This document shows positions 61,961 through 64,000 of a stretch of 64,000 nt of DNA, in pieces. The stretch's first letter is position 1. Every line of letters starts with the position of its first letter. The translations under genes were made by a program, and so were the position numbers. Source of the stretch: Patescibacteria group bacterium (GTDB lineage Bacteria; Patescibacteriota; Gracilibacteria; Peribacterales; Peribacteraceae); the NCBI GenBank assembly GCA_023263945.1, contig JALQTW010000001.1, positions 117,741 to 181,740 of the forward strand. Direction: 5' to 3'. The notes beneath the pieces were generated by a model that did no database searches, was not told where the DNA came from, and saw nothing but the letters and a program-made list of their open reading frames with translations.

Positions 61961-63025
61961 ATGAAGCAGAAGATTGTCATCGTTTCCGCGTTTTTGCGTC
62001 CTATGCGCAGCGGTGCCGAAGCAATGGTGGAAGAAGTATCGGTTCGTTTGCGTGATCGGTACGATATTGTCATTGTCACAGCGCGTATGAAGAGGAAACT
62101 TCCCAAGGAAGATCTTCTTGAAGGGACCGTTCGTGTTCGACGAATTGGCCTTGGATTTTCCTTTGATAAATGGCTCTTTCCCTTCCTTGCATTTTTCGCT
62201 GTACGAAGGGAAAAACCTGCTATTGTTCATGCCGTTCTGGAGTCCTTTGCGGGGTTCTCACTGGTCTTCCTGAAGCTCTTCTATCGCTCGCCAAAACGTC
62301 TGCTCACATTGCAAAGCACGAACACCACATTATTGTTACGGGCCATCCACCGGGCAGCAAATGCTATTACCGGTATCAGCTCGGTTCTTCTCCTTCGTGC
62401 ACGAAAATTTGGACGAGATGACGTGATCTACATTCCAAATGGGATCGATCTCCCCGCCATTGAAGAATCTCTCACCAAATTTCAGCGTATTCATGGTCGT
62501 ATTCTCTTTGTCGGTCGCTTGGAGCACGTGAAAGGAGTAGATGTTCTTCTCACAGCGTTTGCGGAATTAACAGATTCAGACCTCTCACTGACTATTGTCG
62601 GAGATGGAAGTGAACGGGAGAAGCTGGAGCAACTCGCGCAGGAACTCCGCATTGCAGATCGTGTGATGTTCCTTGGAAAACTGTTGCCTCTCAAAGTGTA
62701 TGACCAATACGCAAGCGCAGAACTCTTCATCGGCCTCTCCCGCAGTGAGGCGCTTGGAAACGTGTTTTTAGAGGCTCAGGCAGCCGGTTGCGCTGTGATT
62801 GCATCAAACGTGGGAGGTATTCCGGAAATTGTGAAAGATCAGGTCACGGGCATCCTCGTTCCACCGGATGATCCAGATAAAGCCGCCCAGGCAATCCATC
62901 AGCTTCTCATGAATATTTCGCTTCGTACGTCGCTTATTACAGAAGCACGTGAGCATGTGAAAAAATTTGATTGGGATTTGATCGCAGAGAGGTATGCGAA
63001 AGTGTATGAAGGGCTTATAGGATGA
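61961..63025 (+). CDS. GT4-family (group 1) glycosyltransferase
   Basis: ATG at 61961. VGRLEHVKGVDVL ... SEALGNVFLEAQAAGCAVIASNVGGIPEIV. Confidence 0.8.
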   Translation: MKQKIVIVSAFLRPMRSGAEAMVEEVSVRLRDRYDIVIVTARMKRKLPKEDLLEGTVRVRRIGLGFSFDKWLFPFLAFFAVRREKPAIVHAVLESFAGFSLVFLKLFYRSPKRLLTLQSTNTTLLLRAIHRAANAITGISSVLLLRARKFGRDDVIYIPNGIDLPAIEESLTKFQRIHGRILFVGRLEHVKGVDVLLTAFAELTDSDLSLTIVGDGSEREKLEQLAQELRIADRVMFLGKLLPLKVYDQYASAELFIGLSRSEALGNVFLEAQAAGCAVIASNVGGIPEIVKDQVTGILVPPDDPDKAAQAIHQLLMNISLRTSLITEAREHVKKFDWDLIAERYAKVYEGLIG

Positions 63026-63026
63026 G

Positions 63027-63093
63027 AGTTATTGGTTCTTAGTTTTTGGTTGTTGGTTCGTCAACTAATAACTAAGAACTAAAAACCAAAAAC
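63027..63093. repeat. 31-bp quasi-palindrome and terminator between the convergent GT4 and gmk-fusion genes
   Basis: The AGTTATTGGTTCTTAGTTTTTGGTTGTTGGTT arm, a CGTC loop, then AACTAATAACTAAGAACTAAAAACCAAAAAC (63063-63093). 25 Watson-Crick pairs, 3 G.U pairs and 3 mismatches, followed by TTTTTT on the plus strand. Confidence 0.75.
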
Positions 63094-63101
63094 TTTTTTA
63101 T

Positions 63102-64000
63102 TTATCCTTCTACAAGTCCTCGAATCCTCTCAGCACAAACATCTAATTCGTCATTCACCAAAAGATGGTCGAACAAATGCGGATATGTCTCGAATGCAGC
63201 AAGATCTGTTTTGGCGACTTCGATACGTTCCTTGATTTGCTCTTCCGTATCACGTCCTCGTGAGCGGAGCCGATGGAAGAGGGAAGAGAGCATCCTGCGA
63301 CGGCTATTCCCGGGAGGGAGGAGACCACAACTCAAAATGGCGCGTCGTCCCAAATTTTTCTCGAGCCCCTGTAGTAGGTGAATATCGGTTACGACAATGG
63401 GGAGCTTGCCTGCGTTCCACATGGCCTCAATATCGCTCTTGATGTATCCATAGCGTCGATCTTCCGTGGTGGATTGCATAGTCGTTTCGGCAATCATTTC
63501 TCCTGTTGCAAGAAGCTCATCAAATTTTTTCGATGTAATGTACGTGTAAGGTTCCACTTCTTCTCTCTTCGGCTTGCGAGTGGTGTAGATGGGTACTTGC
63601 TCTGCATACGATGAGAAAAGATGCAGGAGCGTTCGTGTGATGGTCGTTTTCCCAACACCAGAAGGCCCCGTGAGTGCCAGGACGTAATGCTGAATTTTGA
63701 TCTGTGGCTCCCGTGCAGCTGCAATGACCACATATTTTCGATCATAGACAATCAGGCCGTTCTCCAGTGTGCGGATTTTTCGAAGACGTGGAGAGACACT
63801 TGCTCCAATCTGGGGAGCAAGGCCGTCTTCTGTCAATTGAGCCATCACTTTCGTCCCATTTTCGAACGCAATAAGAGCAACAGTGTATGGTTTCTGGCCA
63901 AATCCTTTCGGGGCATTTCGAATAGTGGTGAAACTCACAATGGTGCCATCTGCATTCTTTGATGCATGTGTCTTCTTCAGCTGCCTGTGAAGCGAAGGTG
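63102..64000 (-). CDS. gmk: OB-fold (DUF35-like) domain fused to guanylate kinase; 5' end outside the window
   Basis: The reading frame stays open to the window edge upstream of the GTG at 63938. N-terminal part: GTIVSFTTIRNAPKGFGQKPYTVALIAFENGTKVMAQL. C-terminal part: GPSGVGKTT ... YTTRKPKREEVEPYTYITSKKFDELLATGEMIAE. Confidence 0.65.
   Translation of the reverse strand, partial: PSLHRQLKKTHASKNADGTIVSFTTIRNAPKGFGQKPYTVALIAFENGTKVMAQLTEDGLAPQIGASVSPRLRKIRTLENGLIVYDRKYVVIAAAREPQIKIQHYVLALTGPSGVGKTTITRTLLHLFSSYAEQVPIYTTRKPKREEVEPYTYITSKKFDELLATGEMIAETTMQSTTEDRRYGYIKSDIEAMWNAGKLPIVVTDIHLLQGLEKNLGRRAILSCGLLPPGNSRRRMLSSLFHRLRSRGRDTEEQIKERIEVAKTDLAAFETYPHLFDHLLVNDELDVCAERIRGLVEG

Overview
This is a 64-kb chromosomal segment at about 47% GC, read with the standard genetic code: TGA acts as a stop, including in ATGA-coupled gene overlaps. 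It appears to come from a small-genome, monoderm-type bacterium resembling Patescibacteria/CPR. That lineage call is inference only. It rests on a compact 1468-nt 16S rRNA not followed by a 23S, patchy metabolism (isolated purH, pyrB and pyrC, scattered suf genes), a type IV pilus locus with no outer-membrane secretin, and many glycosyltransferases.

I can support about 60 CDS, one 16S rRNA, RNase P RNA, three tRNAs (Thr-UGU, Ser-GGA, Thr-GGU), a RelE-type toxin-antitoxin pair and a set of promoters and terminators. Housekeeping genes include recR, recO, smpB, rnj, rnhA, pheT, ndk, rpsF, rpsR, rpmH, rpmB, ftsX, a class A PBP and sufS/sufU/sufD-like genes.

The observations most worth a second look are:
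1. Nearly every intergenic spacer longer than about 60 bp is built from stuttering 5-9 nt words arranged as quasi-palindromes, and exact 12-22-mers are shared between distant loci.
2. At least seven genes have a full -35/-10 promoter ending only 6-9 nt before the start codon, and Shine-Dalgarno motifs are almost absent. Together with an altered anti-SD in the 16S 3' tail (CAUCUCCU), this suggests mostly leaderless translation.
3. A pilB-pilC-pilin operon is bracketed by a receiver domain and a sensor kinase, and it contains an LVIVD beta-propeller pilin. Elsewhere there is a separate 708-aa pilin-like protein with Ig domains, Ser-rich tracts and a TadG-like beta-helix.
4. A 0.7-kb toxin-antitoxin islet is flanked by direct repeats of a tRNA-Thr 3' end.
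5. A lipoprotein gene is bracketed by a perfect 17-bp inverted repeat.
6. Two abutting perfect 26-nt palindromes sit just upstream of the rpmH promoter.

No CRISPR array, integrase, transposase or recognisable defence system was seen.
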